DNA of 32,339 nucleotides from a virus (Duplodnaviria; Heunggongvirae; Uroviricota; Caudoviricetes): IMG/VR virus record IMGVR_UViG_2526164646_000008, positions 1 to 32,339 of that record; one strand, 5' to 3'. Shown piece by piece: positions 31,141 to 32,339 of this stretch (position 1 is its first letter; each line of letters starts with the position of its first letter). The notes under the pieces were generated by a model. It saw only the letters and a program-made list of their open reading frames with translations, ran no database searches and was not told where the DNA came from. The position numbers and the translations under genes were made by a program.

Positions 31141-32089
31141 TGAGGTGTACTGGCAATAGCGGACACTACCATTTGTTCTTTTTTTAAGCAGCCATCTGAT
31201 GATATTTTTCCCTGAAGGCTGCCGGGGAGATATTCCCCAGACGAGAGTGACGACGCTGACGATTGTAGAAAATCTCAATGTATTCCCGTATTACTGAGAT
31301 GGCTTCATCCCGGTTATTAAAACGATAGTGGCTCAGGCTCTCATTTTTCAGCGTTCCCCAGAAGCTTTCCATCGGAGCGTTGTCGTAACAGTTACCTTTA
31401 CGCGACATTGATGTTTTCAGACCAGACTGCTCCTGTATGACCCGGTAATCGTATGCGCAGTACTGTGAACCTCGATCAGAGTGGTGGATTAGCCCGGCAG
31501 GTGGGCGCTGGCTCCTGAGCGCCATAAACAGGGCTTTACCTGTCAGCTCTTTTGTCATGCGCTCTCCCATGGCGTAGCCGACAATTTCACACGTATAAAC
31601 ATCTTTGATGCCAGCGAGGTACAACCATCCCTCCTGTGTGGCAACATACGTCAGGTCCGCCACCCAGACCTGATTTGGTGCTGTAGGAGCGAACGTCTGG
31701 TTCAGCAGATTTGGCGCAACTGGCAGATTGTGGTTCGGGTTCGTAGTCGCTCTGAACTTGCGTTTCTGCTTACAGCGTAGCCTCAGCTCCTTACGAAGAC
31801 GTGCCAGTCGGTCACGACCAACGATGATGCCATTCTCTGCCAGCTCCGTCTGGAGCCGCCGGGTTCCATATGTTTCGCGAGTGCGGATATGTGCCACCTT
31901 AATCTCCAGTTTTAGCCGCTCATCACTTTGTTTTCTGTCTGAGGGTTCATGCTGTACCCAGTTGTAATAACCGCTCCTGGATACACCAAATACCTGACAC
32001 ATCGCTTCAATGGGAAATTGTTGTCGCCATTGTTCGATTAACGCGTATTTTTCAGCGACTCCTGTGCAAAATACGCTGTTGCTTTTTTT
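31141..32089 (-). mobile_element. IS600, copy 3, partial: orfA side truncated by IS1
   Basis: Right end TGAGGTGTACTGGC at 31141; identity with copy 2 stops at the IS1 end ggtaatgactcc (32090). Confidence 0.8.
31184..32002 (-). CDS. IS600 orfB transposase
   Basis: 272-aa track ORF identical to copy 1. Confidence 0.85.
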   Translation of the reverse strand: MCQVFGVSRSGYYNWVQHEPSDRKQSDERLKLEIKVAHIRTRETYGTRRLQTELAENGIIVGRDRLARLRKELRLRCKQKRKFRATTNPNHNLPVAPNLLNQTFAPTAPNQVWVADLTYVATQEGWLYLAGIKDVYTCEIVGYAMGERMTKELTGKALFMALRSQRPPAGLIHHSDRGSQYCAYDYRVIQEQSGLKTSMSRKGNCYDNAPMESFWGTLKNESLSHYRFNNRDEAISVIREYIEIFYNRQRRHSRLGNISPAAFREKYHQMAA

Positions 32090-32339
32090 GGTAATGACTC
32101 CAACTTACTGATAGTGTTTTATGTTCAGATAATGCCCGATGACCTTGTCATGCAGCTCCACCGATTTTGAGAACGACAGTGACTTCCGTACCAGCCTTGC
32201 CAGATGTTGTCTCAGATTCAGATTATGTCGCTCAATGCGCTGAGTGTAACGCTTGCTGATAACGTGCAGCTTTCCCTTCAGGCGTGATTCATACAGCGGC
32301 CAGCCATCCGTCATCCATACCACGACCTCAAAGGCCGAC
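32090..32339 (-). mobile_element. IS1, copy 3, partial (runs past window end), same orientation as copy 2
   Basis: Starts GGTAATGACTCCAACTTACTGATAGTG; InsB C-terminal reading frame 32105..32323. Confidence 0.85.

Overview
This 32.3-kb window is an IS-saturated, mosaic, decayed lambdoid/Rac-like prophage island of Escherichia/Shigella type; all calls below come from reading the sequence and ORF track against remembered protein families, with no database search run. About one third of the bases are insertion sequences: IS1 x3 (one partial at the window end), IS2, IS600 x3 (one partial), IS911 x2, IS629, and an IS110-family transposase pseudogene. Between them lie: lambda-like U-Z-FII-FI tail/head-joining genes; four phage-type tRNAs (Gly-UCC, Thr-UGU, Arg-UCU, Ile2/Met-CAU); a Q-like antiterminator and RusA; a co-directional accessory operon (small membrane protein, SPFH-like lipoprotein, ORF6N-domain protein, a truncated DnaN/beta-clamp-like protein, micro-ORFs, excisionase-like gene); a DicF-like sRNA candidate; a Rha-like regulator split by IS2; a Rac-like kilR-ydaE-racC-recE block (racC split by IS1, recE 3'-truncated by IS600); a P-loop ATPase broken by a 14-bp tandem duplication; xis plus an IS1-disrupted lambda-type integrase followed by an attP-like arm-repeat region; the sitABCD Mn/Fe ABC transporter with Fur- and MntR-box-like sites (sitA frameshifted at a C5 run); and decayed side-tail-fibre/tail-fibre-assembly genes. 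The most novel-looking content is the accessory operon at 6959-10019, especially the DnaN-like mini-clamp coupled to the ORF6N protein, followed by the divergent DicF-like sRNA and the position of sitABCD as phage b-region cargo bracketed by direct IS1 copies. Many genes are frameshifted or IS-interrupted, so sequencing error versus genuine decay should be checked for the homopolymer-associated sitA lesion.
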